From: Deltaproteobacteria bacterium
Lineage (GTDB): Bacteria > SAR324 > JACQKK01
Assembly: GCA_029858505.1 (NCBI GenBank)
Contig: JAOUEW010000008.1
Span: 9,939 to 73,938, forward strand
Length of the DNA stretch: 64,000 nucleotides
Reading direction: 5' to 3'
Shown: positions 18,684 through 27,617 of the stretch, piece after piece
Position numbering within the stretch: the first letter of the stretch is position 1
Layout: every line of letters starts with the position of its first letter
The notes under the pieces: model-generated
Databases searched by the model: none
What the model saw: the letters and a program-made list of their open reading frames with translations, nothing else
Told to the model about the DNA's origin: nothing
Program-made: the position numbers and the translations under genes

Positions 18684-19264
18684 AACGGGAACCGATCCAA
18701 GGACAGGCCGGGAAAATCTTGCTGGGGGGGCTGCTGGGATTGGGGCTGGCCATCGCCACGGCTTGGCTGTCGGCCTGGCCCGTGCAAATGGGCGACGACA
18801 CGCCCCGCCTGCGGGTGGCCTTCCGGTCGGCCCACCGCCAAACCCGGCTGTGCCGCCCCCCCACCACGGCGGAACTGGCCGGGGTGCCCGCCCACATGCG
18901 GCGGAAGGAACTCTGCCAAGCCTGGGAAATTCCCTATCGGCTGCGGATAGCGGTGGATGAACAGACCCTGGCCGATCATGAATTGAAGGGCGGCGGCATG
19001 CGGGGCGACCGGCCGGTATTTGTGGAGGAGGAATTCCCCCTGGTGCCGGGGGTGCACCGGGTGGCGGTGGCGTTTACCCCCCAGCCCCCAGAGCTTCCCG
19101 CCGAGGCCGCCGGGTGGCGCCCCGCGGACCGGGAACGATTTGTGGCGGAAGGCCGCCAAGCCCCCGCCTGGACAATCCACCGGCCGATCACCTTTACGCC
19201 AGGGCGGGTGGTGATGCTGTCGCTGGGCCAGCCCAGTGAATTTATTGTCACCGGCGAACAGTAA
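18680..19264 (+). CDS. Hypothetical membrane-anchored protein, translationally coupled to the cytochrome b fusion.
   Basis: GTG start overlaps the upstream stop. N-terminal TM helix. No family recognised. Confidence 0.45.
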   Translation: MKREPIQGQAGKILLGGLLGLGLAIATAWLSAWPVQMGDDTPRLRVAFRSAHRQTRLCRPPTTAELAGVPAHMRRKELCQAWEIPYRLRIAVDEQTLADHELKGGGMRGDRPVFVEEEFPLVPGVHRVAVAFTPQPPELPAEAAGWRPADRERFVAEGRQAPAWTIHRPITFTPGRVVMLSLGQPSEFIVTGEQ

Positions 19265-19405
19265 TTTGGATTGCCGCCTGAAAGGCGGCGGGGAGGGGTA
19301 TTTCAAAGAGAGATCATACGGCAGCATGAATGGAGCCTGAACAAACAAAACCATGGTTTCACCCATGATCTGGGACAACCCCCAGAAAGAAAATAGGAGA
19401 CATCT

Positions 19406-19479
19406 GCATAACCAGGGTTTTTGCCGTGAAAAGGGGGAATGGGAGATGGGAAAAAATAGGTTATGCAGAGGTCTCTATA
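19406..19479 (+). promoter_or_regulatory. Copy 2 of the conserved upstream motif, embedded in an inverted-repeat structure about 170 bp upstream of the oxidase operon.
   Basis: TGCATAACCAGGGTTTTTGCCGTGAAAAGGGGGAATGGGAG. Arms CTGCATAACC / GGTTATGCAG flank the core. The distal arm GGTTATGCAGAGGTCTCTATA is the reverse complement of TATAGA(CA)GAGACCTtTGCATAACC at copy 1. Confidence 0.5.
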
Positions 19480-19605
19480 TGAGAACGAGGAGAAAATAAA
19501 TTGAAACGGGTTGAACACCCACGGAACGAACCGGAACAGGGTTCCCCGGATCGTCCGCCATGAACTGGAACCCCGCCATCAGCCACGCTGAGAAAGGAAC
19601 GTGTT

Positions 19606-19770
19606 ATGGCCAATAAATCCAACCCATCTGGAGGGCAGCCCCCCCTGGGCCAGCGGTTGTTCGACAGCCCCTTCCTGCTGCTGGCCGCGGGCCTGGTCAT
19701 CATGCTGGTGTTCTATACCGCCTGGGGAATCATCGAATTGGTCACCATGCCCCAGGCCTTGCTCCCCTAA
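19606..19770 (+). CDS. Small (54 aa) membrane protein immediately upstream of coxB; possible oxidase-associated subunit. Below the ORF-track length cut-off.
   Basis: ATG with RBS-like GAAAGGAAC 8 bp upstream. Encodes MANKSNPSGGQPPLGQRLFDSPFLLLAAGLVIMLVFYTAWGIIELVTMPQALLP with one TM helix. Ends 25 bp before coxB. Confidence 0.45.
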   Translation: MANKSNPSGGQPPLGQRLFDSPFLLLAAGLVIMLVFYTAWGIIELVTMPQALLP

Positions 19771-19794
19771 CCCCTTATCCATCAGGAGAACCCC

Positions 19795-20370
19795 ATGCAC
19801 AGTGGAATCGTCTCTCCCCAGGGCGTTTGGTGGAAACCCGCGGCCAAGCCGGAACGGCGGTGGGTTCTCATCTCTCTCGTCTGGTGTTTAATTCTGTTCG
19901 CCATGATGCCCCTGTGGCACTGGAAAGGCGGCCAAAACCCTTCCGGCATCCGGGGGCGCGTGGATCCCGCGGTGTTTAGCGAGCGGGTCGAGCGCTTCAA
20001 CAAACAGTATCAGGTGGGCGAAGACAACGGCATTCCGGTGGTGCAACCGCCGCCGGGCAGCCATGCCTACTTGATGGGAAGCCAGTTCCAGTGGAGCAGC
20101 GTGCTCAAACTGGAAAAAGGCGCCAAGTACATCCTGCATTTGTCTTCTCAAGACGTGAACCACGGCTTCAGCCTGTACCCGGTGAACCTGAACTTTCAGG
20201 TGGTGCCGGGCTACGATTATGGGTTGGAGATTGTGCCGAACCAAGCGGGAGAATACCGCATCGTTTGCAACGAGTTCTGCGGCATTGGCCATCACACCAT
20301 GATTGGCAAGGTGATTGTGGTGGAACCCGGCCAAGGACATGAACCCCAACCGAAAGGAGGCGCGAAATGA
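19795..20370 (+). CDS. coxB: Cytochrome c oxidase subunit II, short ba3-type (single TM plus CuA cupredoxin).
   Basis: CuA ligand pattern H...CNEFCGIGHHTM. About 190 aa with no cytochrome c domain. Confidence 0.8.
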   Translation: MHSGIVSPQGVWWKPAAKPERRWVLISLVWCLILFAMMPLWHWKGGQNPSGIRGRVDPAVFSERVERFNKQYQVGEDNGIPVVQPPPGSHAYLMGSQFQWSSVLKLEKGAKYILHLSSQDVNHGFSLYPVNLNFQVVPGYDYGLEIVPNQAGEYRIVCNEFCGIGHHTMIGKVIVVEPGQGHEPQPKGGAK

Positions 20371-22082
20371 GCAGCCCAACCCAATTTCGCACCTGCGGGG
20401 TCACCGGTCTGAAGGTGGACCGCAACGCGGAGAACCTGCTGAAGATCAACGCGGTGGTGGCGGTGGTGATGTTCACCATCGGGGTGGTGGCGGCCCTGAT
20501 GATTGTGCTGACCCGTTGGCAGGCCGTGCATTTGCTGCCCGCCGATTGGTATTACCGCCTGTTAACGGCCCATGGGCTGAACATGCTGATCTTCTTTATT
20601 ATCTTTTTTGAAATGGCCATTTTGTATTTTGCTGGACCCATTCTGCTGAACGCCCGGCTGCCAGCGCCCAAGGTGGGGTGGCTGGCCTTTGGGCTGATGG
20701 TGGCGGGGGCTGGCTTGGTGGAATGGATGGTGTTCGCCGGCCGGGCCGATGTCACCTTTACCTCCTACCCGCCCCTGCGGGCCGACCCCCTTTACTACCT
20801 GGGGATCATCCTGTTCGCCGTGGGCGCGCTGGTGGTGGTGATGTTGTTCTTCGCCACGCTGGTGGTGGCCAAAAGGGAAAAAACCTACCAGGGATCGGTT
20901 CCCCTGGTGACCTTCGGGGCCATTGCCGCGGCCATCATCGCGGTGATCACCCTGCTGCACGGGGCCATGGTGTTCATCCCCACCTTACTGTGGTCCATGG
21001 GGCTGATCCCCATGGATGCCGAATTCTACCGGCTGGTCTTCTGGGGCCTGGGTCACTCTTCCCAGCAGATCAACGTGGCGGCCATGGTGGCCATTTGGTA
21101 CTTCTTGGCGGCCATGACCATGGGCGGCGTGGTGCTGAACGAAAAAATCAGCCGCATCGCCTTTGTGTTCTATGTGCTGTTTATCTCCATGGCTTCGGCC
21201 CACCACCTGCTGGTGGACCCCGGGTTTTCACCGGCGTGGAAGGTGTGGAACACCAGCTACTTTATGTACATGGCGGTGCTGGCCAGCATGATTCACGGCT
21301 TCACCGTTCCGGCTGGGATGGAACTGGGGATGCGCCTGCGGGGCTTTAACAAAGGCCGCTTTGAATGGCTAACCCGGGCCCCTTGGGGCGATCCTGGTTT
21401 TTCGGGGATGATCCTGTCGTTGTTCATCTTCGGCTTTCTGGGCGGCATCACCGGGGTGGCCATCGGCACCGAGCAAATCAACATTATTGCCCACAACACC
21501 ATGCGGATTCCGGGGCACTTCCACGCCACGGTGGTGGGGGGCACGGCTTTGGCGTTCATGGCCGTCACCTACTACGTCATTCCCCTCATCTTCCGCAAGG
21601 AAGTGGCCCTGTGGCCCTTGGCCAAGATTCAGCCCTACCTGTTCGGGGGTGGAATCACCATCATGTCGGTGGGCATGATTCTGCAAGGCTTCTTTGGGGT
21701 GCCCCGCCGCCATTGGGACATCTCCGGAGCCGACAGCCCCTTCCCCGCCAGCTACCCGCCGGTGGTGGATGTGCTGCAAGCGGTCATGGCCTTGGGCGGC
21801 GTCATCGCCTTTTTGGGCGGCCTGATTTTCGTTTTGGTTGCCGTGCTGTCGGTGTTCTTTGGCAAGCCCTTGACGGACCAGGCCGTGAAAAACGGCACGG
21901 CCAAGGTGCCCCAGGGGGTGCTGCGGCTGCCGCCTCAAGCGCACGATGAAGCCAAAGCCTTGAAGGCCCACGAGGAAGGAACCCCCGGAACGGTCATTCT
22001 GGTCACGGTGTTCTTCCTGTGTTTCGTGCTGTATTACCTGACCAACTGGCAAACCCTGTCGAAACTGTGGCAGGTGGGTTAA
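20367..22082 (+). CDS. coxA: Haem-copper oxidase subunit I, B-family (ba3-like).
   Basis: 571 aa, 12 or more TM helices, His ligands in the HHL... and GHFHA contexts. Start overlaps the coxB stop. Confidence 0.75.
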   Translation: MSSPTQFRTCGVTGLKVDRNAENLLKINAVVAVVMFTIGVVAALMIVLTRWQAVHLLPADWYYRLLTAHGLNMLIFFIIFFEMAILYFAGPILLNARLPAPKVGWLAFGLMVAGAGLVEWMVFAGRADVTFTSYPPLRADPLYYLGIILFAVGALVVVMLFFATLVVAKREKTYQGSVPLVTFGAIAAAIIAVITLLHGAMVFIPTLLWSMGLIPMDAEFYRLVFWGLGHSSQQINVAAMVAIWYFLAAMTMGGVVLNEKISRIAFVFYVLFISMASAHHLLVDPGFSPAWKVWNTSYFMYMAVLASMIHGFTVPAGMELGMRLRGFNKGRFEWLTRAPWGDPGFSGMILSLFIFGFLGGITGVAIGTEQINIIAHNTMRIPGHFHATVVGGTALAFMAVTYYVIPLIFRKEVALWPLAKIQPYLFGGGITIMSVGMILQGFFGVPRRHWDISGADSPFPASYPPVVDVLQAVMALGGVIAFLGGLIFVLVAVLSVFFGKPLTDQAVKNGTAKVPQGVLRLPPQAHDEAKALKAHEEGTPGTVILVTVFFLCFVLYYLTNWQTLSKLWQVG

Positions 22083-22112
22083 CCCATCGCTTTCTTTTCT
22101 TGCTTTCTTTTT

Positions 22113-22151
22113 CCGCCGGAGGGCCTTGCCAGCCCCCGGCGGTTTTTTTTT
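22113..22151 (+). terminator. Rho-independent terminator after coxA.
   Basis: CCGCCGGAGGGCcttgccaGCCCCCGGCGG hairpin immediately followed by T9. Confidence 0.75.
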
Positions 22152-22182
22152 GTAGGCCCCTGGGGTAGATTGAAAGGCAAGA

Positions 22183-23217
22183 TTGCTTCACCCCATCGAG
22201 ATTCCTTTTCTCTTTTTCCGGAGCCGCCCCTTGACTCGTTCTCTGCCCCCGTTGTGGTTTTACCTGTTGGTAATGGCCTTGTTCGCGGCGCTGGCCAGCC
22301 CCGCCCAGGCGGCCCCCACCGGCAGCGTGACCGGACGGCTGACCGGTGACGCCGACCAGGGCTCCATGGCCGGCAAAACCGTGGTGCTGCTGCAAATGCG
22401 CATTGGCCCCCAGGGTCAACCCCAGCCGGTGGGCCCCCCAGACCGCACACAAACCGGCCCCGACGGCGGTTTTGTGTTTGAGAACGTGCAGATTCAGGTA
22501 GGCACGGTGTTTCAGGTGGGCAGCCGCACCCGGGGCGGAGAACTCACCGCCACCCGCCCCTTTACCTTTCCTCCTCGCGGGGGGCGGATCACCATGAACC
22601 TGCATTTGGCCGAGCGCAAAGCACCGGTGGATGCCGAAAGCCCGCCGGTGTGGTTTCAACGGGTGATCGTGGCGGTGGAAGCCAGGAGCGGCCAGGCCGC
22701 CGTGACCGAAGTCATTCACCTGGTGAACAACACGGGCAAACTGGCCTTTGGGCCGGAACATCCCCTGCGGATTCCCATTGCCCCCGGCACCGACACCCTG
22801 GAACCGGCCGAAGGTTTGGATGAGAGCAACTTGAGAAAAGAGGGCCAAGAAGCCGTCATCACCCGCTATATGCCCGCGGGGCGGACGGTGATGATTTTTG
22901 CCTACATCACCAACACCCCCCTGGGCTCTCTCAACTTGGACCGCCGCTACCCCTACCCCGTAGAGGATTTCGCCATCTATTCCCCCGCCCAAGACAAACT
23001 GATCATTGACGGCACCGGGTTGCTGCCCAGGGCTCCGGAAAACATTCAAAATACCTTGTTTCAAGTGTGGGGCCGCGCCAATATTCTAGCCGACACCGAG
23101 ATCAGCGCCAGCGTGCAGGGGTTGCAGCCTAGCCAATGGATGTTCGGCTTGCCGGCCCTGCTGTTCTTGCTGGTCATGGGTGGGTTGGTGTTCCGCTACC
23201 TGCGGCAAACCAAGTAG
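22183..23217 (+). CDS. Hypothetical exported protein: N-terminal CarboxypepD_reg-like beta domain and a C-terminal TM anchor.
   Basis: Signal peptide ending ASPAQA. GSVTGRLTGDADQGSMAGKTVVLLQ...TGPDGGFVFENV module. C-terminal hydrophobic helix WMFGLPALLFLLVMGGLVF. Confidence 0.5.
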   Translation: MLHPIEIPFLFFRSRPLTRSLPPLWFYLLVMALFAALASPAQAAPTGSVTGRLTGDADQGSMAGKTVVLLQMRIGPQGQPQPVGPPDRTQTGPDGGFVFENVQIQVGTVFQVGSRTRGGELTATRPFTFPPRGGRITMNLHLAERKAPVDAESPPVWFQRVIVAVEARSGQAAVTEVIHLVNNTGKLAFGPEHPLRIPIAPGTDTLEPAEGLDESNLRKEGQEAVITRYMPAGRTVMIFAYITNTPLGSLNLDRRYPYPVEDFAIYSPAQDKLIIDGTGLLPRAPENIQNTLFQVWGRANILADTEISASVQGLQPSQWMFGLPALLFLLVMGGLVFRYLRQTK

Positions 23218-23403
23218 GGAATTCCAGCATCCCCCTCAACCGTTCCGTTGATTCCGCCGGACGGAAGCCATCCCGTCACTTATCGGCTTCAAACCATCCC
23301 CCCCTCCCTGATTGGGGAGGGGGCAGGGGGGAGAGGTGTTGATGGGGGGTGTTGTTGGGAGAGATGTGAAAAATAAAGGTTAAGCAAATGTCTCCGGGAA
23401 CGG

Positions 23404-24453
23404 TTACTCCACCCAGGTGATTTGACCCTTCAGGGCTTCCACGTTGGCCGGGCGGTATTCCGGATCGGCGGCCATTTTTTGTTTCACGCTCACGTGCAGG
23501 TTGGGGGAGCGGGCCGGGTTCAGGCGGCCGTCTTCCAGCACCCCAATTTCCCGAGGCTTTTGGGTCCAACCCGCGGGCAGCACCCGGTGGGGGTAAATAT
23601 CGGCGGCGGGGTTGGGGTGAATCTGTTGGAAAGCGTTGTCTTTAAAGGTCAGCCCCAGGGCCTGGGCTTTCTTCATCATATACGCCAGCGATAGGTCCGA
23701 CAGCCCCTCCTGGGGCACGCCCCCGCCCACGTCCTCGTGGCCGCCGGGGAACCACACTTCTTCCACCTTGTCTTGGCGGTTCATCTGGGTGGGGGTTAAA
23801 ATTTCCCGGTTCTCATCCACCGCCACCAGGTGCAGGGCCTGCTTAATGTTGGGGGCCACCGTGAGGTTTTTGAACAGGTTGATCTTTTGAAAGGGGCCGT
23901 TTGGAATGCCAAAGGCTGCCATGGTCTCCCAAACGCCCACCAATTCAATGTCCACCGGACGAAACCCGCCCCGGTTTTCAAAGGCCACCACCTCGCCCCG
24001 CATGTTTTTCACAATGCGAATGGCTTCGGGAATGCCCCGCTGATGAATTTTCTGGGCCAGCATCCGGGCGATGGCCGCCCCCCGGGAAAACCCAAACAGA
24101 AAAATGCGGTCGCCGGGGCGGTAGTTCGTCACCAACACCACATAGGCTTGGTCGCGCAGCAAGTCGGCGCTGGCGCCGTCTCCTCCCAGGGGGGGGCCGC
24201 CCACAGAGGCCTCGGCCGGGGCCCCAACCCCTGGAAAATAGCGGGCGAACTGCCGGGAAGAATCGGCCAGCAGGCCGTAGAGTTTCAACACGTTGCTGGC
24301 CGAGCCGTTGTTTTTTTCATCTCCGGCGGGCAGGTTCCAGGTGCCATCCACGCACAGAACAAAATTCCGCGGGGATTCCTGCATTTGCCCTAAGTTGGGG
24401 TAATAGGTGTACTCGTGGCGCATGGTGTGGGTAGGAATAAGGGTGTAAGCCAA
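23404..24453 (-). CDS. DUF2235 alpha/beta hydrolase (same family as T6SS Tle1-type phospholipase effectors).
   Basis: FVLCVDGTWN near the N-terminus and a GFSRGAA nucleophile elbow are typical of DUF2235. Confidence 0.65.
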   Translation of the reverse strand: MAYTLIPTHTMRHEYTYYPNLGQMQESPRNFVLCVDGTWNLPAGDEKNNGSASNVLKLYGLLADSSRQFARYFPGVGAPAEASVGGPPLGGDGASADLLRDQAYVVLVTNYRPGDRIFLFGFSRGAAIARMLAQKIHQRGIPEAIRIVKNMRGEVVAFENRGGFRPVDIELVGVWETMAAFGIPNGPFQKINLFKNLTVAPNIKQALHLVAVDENREILTPTQMNRQDKVEEVWFPGGHEDVGGGVPQEGLSDLSLAYMMKKAQALGLTFKDNAFQQIHPNPAADIYPHRVLPAGWTQKPREIGVLEDGRLNPARSPNLHVSVKQKMAADPEYRPANVEALKGQITWVE

Positions 24454-24486
24454 GGAAAGAGTGTGGGCGGAATATAACGCAGCCTA

Positions 24487-25839
24487 TTATCCTCCAATTC
24501 CCTTCCCGCTGACAAATGCCTGAAGGAACGCCGCCTTGGTCTGGGTTTCCCGGTATTCCTCCTGGGGGTCGGACAACAACGTGATGCCCGCCCCCACCGG
24601 CAGTTGAAACCGCCACCTGGGGGGGGTGCTTAGCCCGGAAAACTGGGGAGTGGAATTTTCTGGTATGAGGGTCAAAGTGCGGATGGCCAGGTTGAACACC
24701 GCCCCCCCGCCGGGCAAAAAACACCCCACCGCTCCGGTATAGGCCTCCCGGGGGTGCGCCTCCAGCCGAGCAATCCTTTCTACCGCCGCCCCCTTGGGGC
24801 AGCCCGTGACCGAGCCCCCTGGCAGCAGGGCCAGCAGGGCCCGTGCTGGCCCAATGCCCGCCGCCAGCCGCCCGGTCACCCGGGTAGAGGCATGCCACAG
24901 GGTGGGCAGGGGCCGCACCTGGCGGGGCTGCACCGCCACGCTGCCGGTTTGGCAAACCCGCCCCAGGTCGTTGCGCAGCAAATCGGTGACCATGTTTAGT
25001 TCGGCCTGTTCCTTGGGGCTGTGTTCCAGCGCTTGGGCCAATTGCTGGTCTTCCTCTGGGGTGGCGCCACGGGGGCGGGTGCCCTTGATGGGGGTGGTGC
25101 TAACCGTTTGCTGTTCCACCGAGAGAAAGTGTTCTGGAGAAAGAGAGAGCACCTGAAACCGCCCCCCCTCCCGCCGGGGGCCCTCCAGGTAAGCGCAATA
25201 CCCGCCGGGCCGCTCCGCCGCCAGCCAGGCGAACAGCGGGCGGGGGGCGGTGTCGCTCCACCCCGAAATCCAGCGGGCCAAGTTGACCTGGTAGACTTCC
25301 CCGTCCCGAATCTGCTCTTGAATCCAGCGAATTTGTTGTGGGTAGTCTTCCTCTGGGGGCGGCGGGTGCGGGTGCAGCCGTGGCGGAAGAGACGCCCCAG
25401 GGGGCAGGGATAGAATCCGGATGAGAGCGGACATCTCTTCGTCAGAAGCCGCCGCGCCCTGCCATTGGGGCTGCCCTTCGTTCCATTCCAGCCAACTGGG
25501 GAAGGCCATCAGGTGCACCCAGGGCAGCCCGTTGCCGGGGGCTTGATGTTCTGCCAAGCCATGTTTTCCAAAACTGTGGCATCCCCCCTCGTACGACACC
25601 ATTCCCCCCACCAGCCGCCCCAAGCCCGTGTGGTGCTCCACAAACCGCACCATCTCTTCTGGGTGAAACTCCCCGGCAAACCGGGTAAACCGTTCCACTG
25701 GGTTCCAGGCCAGGCGGGGGGTCCAGGCGTCCTCCCCAGCGCCCCACAACATCAGGGGGTCGGCCTGCGGCGGCAGGGCCGCCCACACCCGCCAGGGATC
25801 GGCGAACAAAGAGGGCAAAAAAGAGGAGGAGCGAGACAT
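24487..25839 (-). CDS. Chorismate-binding enzyme: aminodeoxychorismate synthase component I or anthranilate synthase component I.
   Basis: C-terminal SPEHFL...TTPIKGTRPRG...NMVTDLLRNDLGRV...GGSVTGCPKGAAVERIARLE...YTGAVGCF motifs of the TrpE/PabB family. Confidence 0.7.
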   Translation of the reverse strand: MSRSSSFLPSLFADPWRVWAALPPQADPLMLWGAGEDAWTPRLAWNPVERFTRFAGEFHPEEMVRFVEHHTGLGRLVGGMVSYEGGCHSFGKHGLAEHQAPGNGLPWVHLMAFPSWLEWNEGQPQWQGAAASDEEMSALIRILSLPPGASLPPRLHPHPPPPEEDYPQQIRWIQEQIRDGEVYQVNLARWISGWSDTAPRPLFAWLAAERPGGYCAYLEGPRREGGRFQVLSLSPEHFLSVEQQTVSTTPIKGTRPRGATPEEDQQLAQALEHSPKEQAELNMVTDLLRNDLGRVCQTGSVAVQPRQVRPLPTLWHASTRVTGRLAAGIGPARALLALLPGGSVTGCPKGAAVERIARLEAHPREAYTGAVGCFLPGGGAVFNLAIRTLTLIPENSTPQFSGLSTPPRWRFQLPVGAGITLLSDPQEEYRETQTKAAFLQAFVSGKGIGG

Positions 25840-25877
25840 GGCAAACTTTCAGCCAAACGGCCTGGGAAACACGGGAA

Positions 25878-26405
25878 TCAGGGGGCGTCGATCAACCCCA
25901 GGGCAGCAAGCCCCTGGCGATAAGCATCGCGCTTGAAGGGCACCACTTCTTCCGGCGCTTGGGCCACGTACACCCAGCGGTAATCATCAAACTCTGGGGG
26001 GTGGTGCTGAAAATGAATGGCCGTGACGGGCACTTTCAGCCGTACTAAAAACCAATACTGAGATTGACCCGTGAAGCGGGCCAAGGCGGGCTTGCCCTCG
26101 GTCAACCGCCGCAGCACATCGGGGGGGTAAAGGTAGGGGATGGGCTGGGGGGTTTGCTTCACCACTTCCACTTCGTCGGTGCCAATCTCTTCTTTCAGTT
26201 CGCGCAGCAAGGCTTGCAGGGGGGTTTCGCCCGGGTCCATGCCCCCTTGAGGAAACTGCCAGCGATATTCTCCCAGGCCGTCTCCCACCCGGCGGAACAT
26301 CAGCACCTCGTTCCCGCCTTCGCTGGCCACCACGGCCAGCACCGCCGGGCGCAAATGGGGGTTGTCTGCCTGGAGAGTCACGGACTGGGGGGTTGGGTTA
26401 GTCAT
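25878..26405 (-). CDS. NUDIX hydrolase (RppH/NudH-like).
   Basis: Nudix box GGMDPGETPLQALLRELKEEIG. Confidence 0.8.
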   Translation of the reverse strand: MTNPTPQSVTLQADNPHLRPAVLAVVASEGGNEVLMFRRVGDGLGEYRWQFPQGGMDPGETPLQALLRELKEEIGTDEVEVVKQTPQPIPYLYPPDVLRRLTEGKPALARFTGQSQYWFLVRLKVPVTAIHFQHHPPEFDDYRWVYVAQAPEEVVPFKRDAYRQGLAALGLIDAP

Positions 26406-27522
26406 CGGGGTATCTGCTTTTAATGGCCACCACGTGGTCTATATTGCCCAAGAATTGTTCCACCAAGGTGGGGTCAAAATGGGTTCCCGCCATTTTACGC
26501 ATCATGCTCACCGCCTCGTACCACGAGAAAGCGTCTTTGTACACGCGGCGGTTGGTGAGAGCGTCGAACACATCGCATATGGCCGTGATGCGGGCCTCGA
26601 GGGGGATGTTTTCCCCCTTCAATCCTTTGGGATAGCCCGTGCCGTCCCATTTTTCGTGGTGGTGCAGGGCCACCATCGCGGCCATTTCCAACAGGGGCAC
26701 CTGGGACCCCCGCAAAATTTGATAGCCGATGTCCACGTGAGTTTTCATCAATTCATATTCCGCCGGGGTGAGTTTTTCCGGCTTGTGCAGCACGTCGTCG
26801 GGAATGCCGATTTTCCCAATGTCGTGCAGGGCGGAAGCGGGGCGGATCATCCGCTGGGACGGCTCGTCCATGCCAGCCAGTTCAGCCAAGTATTGAGAGT
26901 AATGACTCATCCGCTGCACGTGGCGGTGGGTTTCGTTGTCGCGGAATTCGGCCACCCGCATCAGGCGGTTCACGATTTCCTCCTGAGCATATACCAAGTT
27001 CTGCTGGGTGTTTTTCAGAGTCACCAGGGTGGTACGCAGGTCTTCCGTCCGTTCCTGAATATCCAGTTCCAGGTTCACGCGTGCTTGGCGCTGGGCCATT
27101 TCCAACTGCCTTCGGCGCAGGGCGTTCGTCACGTTGATGATGAGCTCGATGGTCTTGAAGGGTTTGATTAAGTACCCATAGGCCCCTAAGGCCAGCACCT
27201 TGTCCGAGTTTTCCCGCTGATCGGAGGCGGTGACCATGATGGTGGCCATGTCGGGGAAGACTTTCAGGGTGCGTTCAATCAGTTCCAGGCCGCTCAACCC
27301 CGGCATGTTGATGTCGCACAGCATCAAGTCAAACGTATGCTCGCTTAACTGGGCCAGGGCATCCAAGGCATTCACCGCCTCAACGGGGGCAAAGCCCTCC
27401 CGACGCAAAATATCGCAGATCATTTTGCGCACCAGCCGGTCGTCATCCACCACCAGTGTCCGCACCGATTGGGGCGGCGCCAAAGGCGCTTCGGCGGGGG
27501 GCTGGGGGTTCGGTGGTTCCAT
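26398..27522 (-). CDS. Response regulator with an HD-GYP phosphodiesterase domain.
   Basis: Receiver LVVDDDRLVRKMICDIL...CDINMPGLSG, then HDIGKIGIPDDVL...HHHEKWDGTGYPKGL (HD-GYP). Confidence 0.85.
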   Translation of the reverse strand: MEPPNPQPPAEAPLAPPQSVRTLVVDDDRLVRKMICDILRREGFAPVEAVNALDALAQLSEHTFDLMLCDINMPGLSGLELIERTLKVFPDMATIMVTASDQRENSDKVLALGAYGYLIKPFKTIELIINVTNALRRRQLEMAQRQARVNLELDIQERTEDLRTTLVTLKNTQQNLVYAQEEIVNRLMRVAEFRDNETHRHVQRMSHYSQYLAELAGMDEPSQRMIRPASALHDIGKIGIPDDVLHKPEKLTPAEYELMKTHVDIGYQILRGSQVPLLEMAAMVALHHHEKWDGTGYPKGLKGENIPLEARITAICDVFDALTNRRVYKDAFSWYEAVSMMRKMAGTHFDPTLVEQFLGNIDHVVAIKSRYPDD

Positions 27523-27617
27523 GGGTCTTTGCTTAGGGGGGTCAATATTTAGGGGATAAAAAATAGAGGAAAATTTTTAGGCAAACGGTTTGAACAAACC
27601 TTTTGAAAATACCGAGA

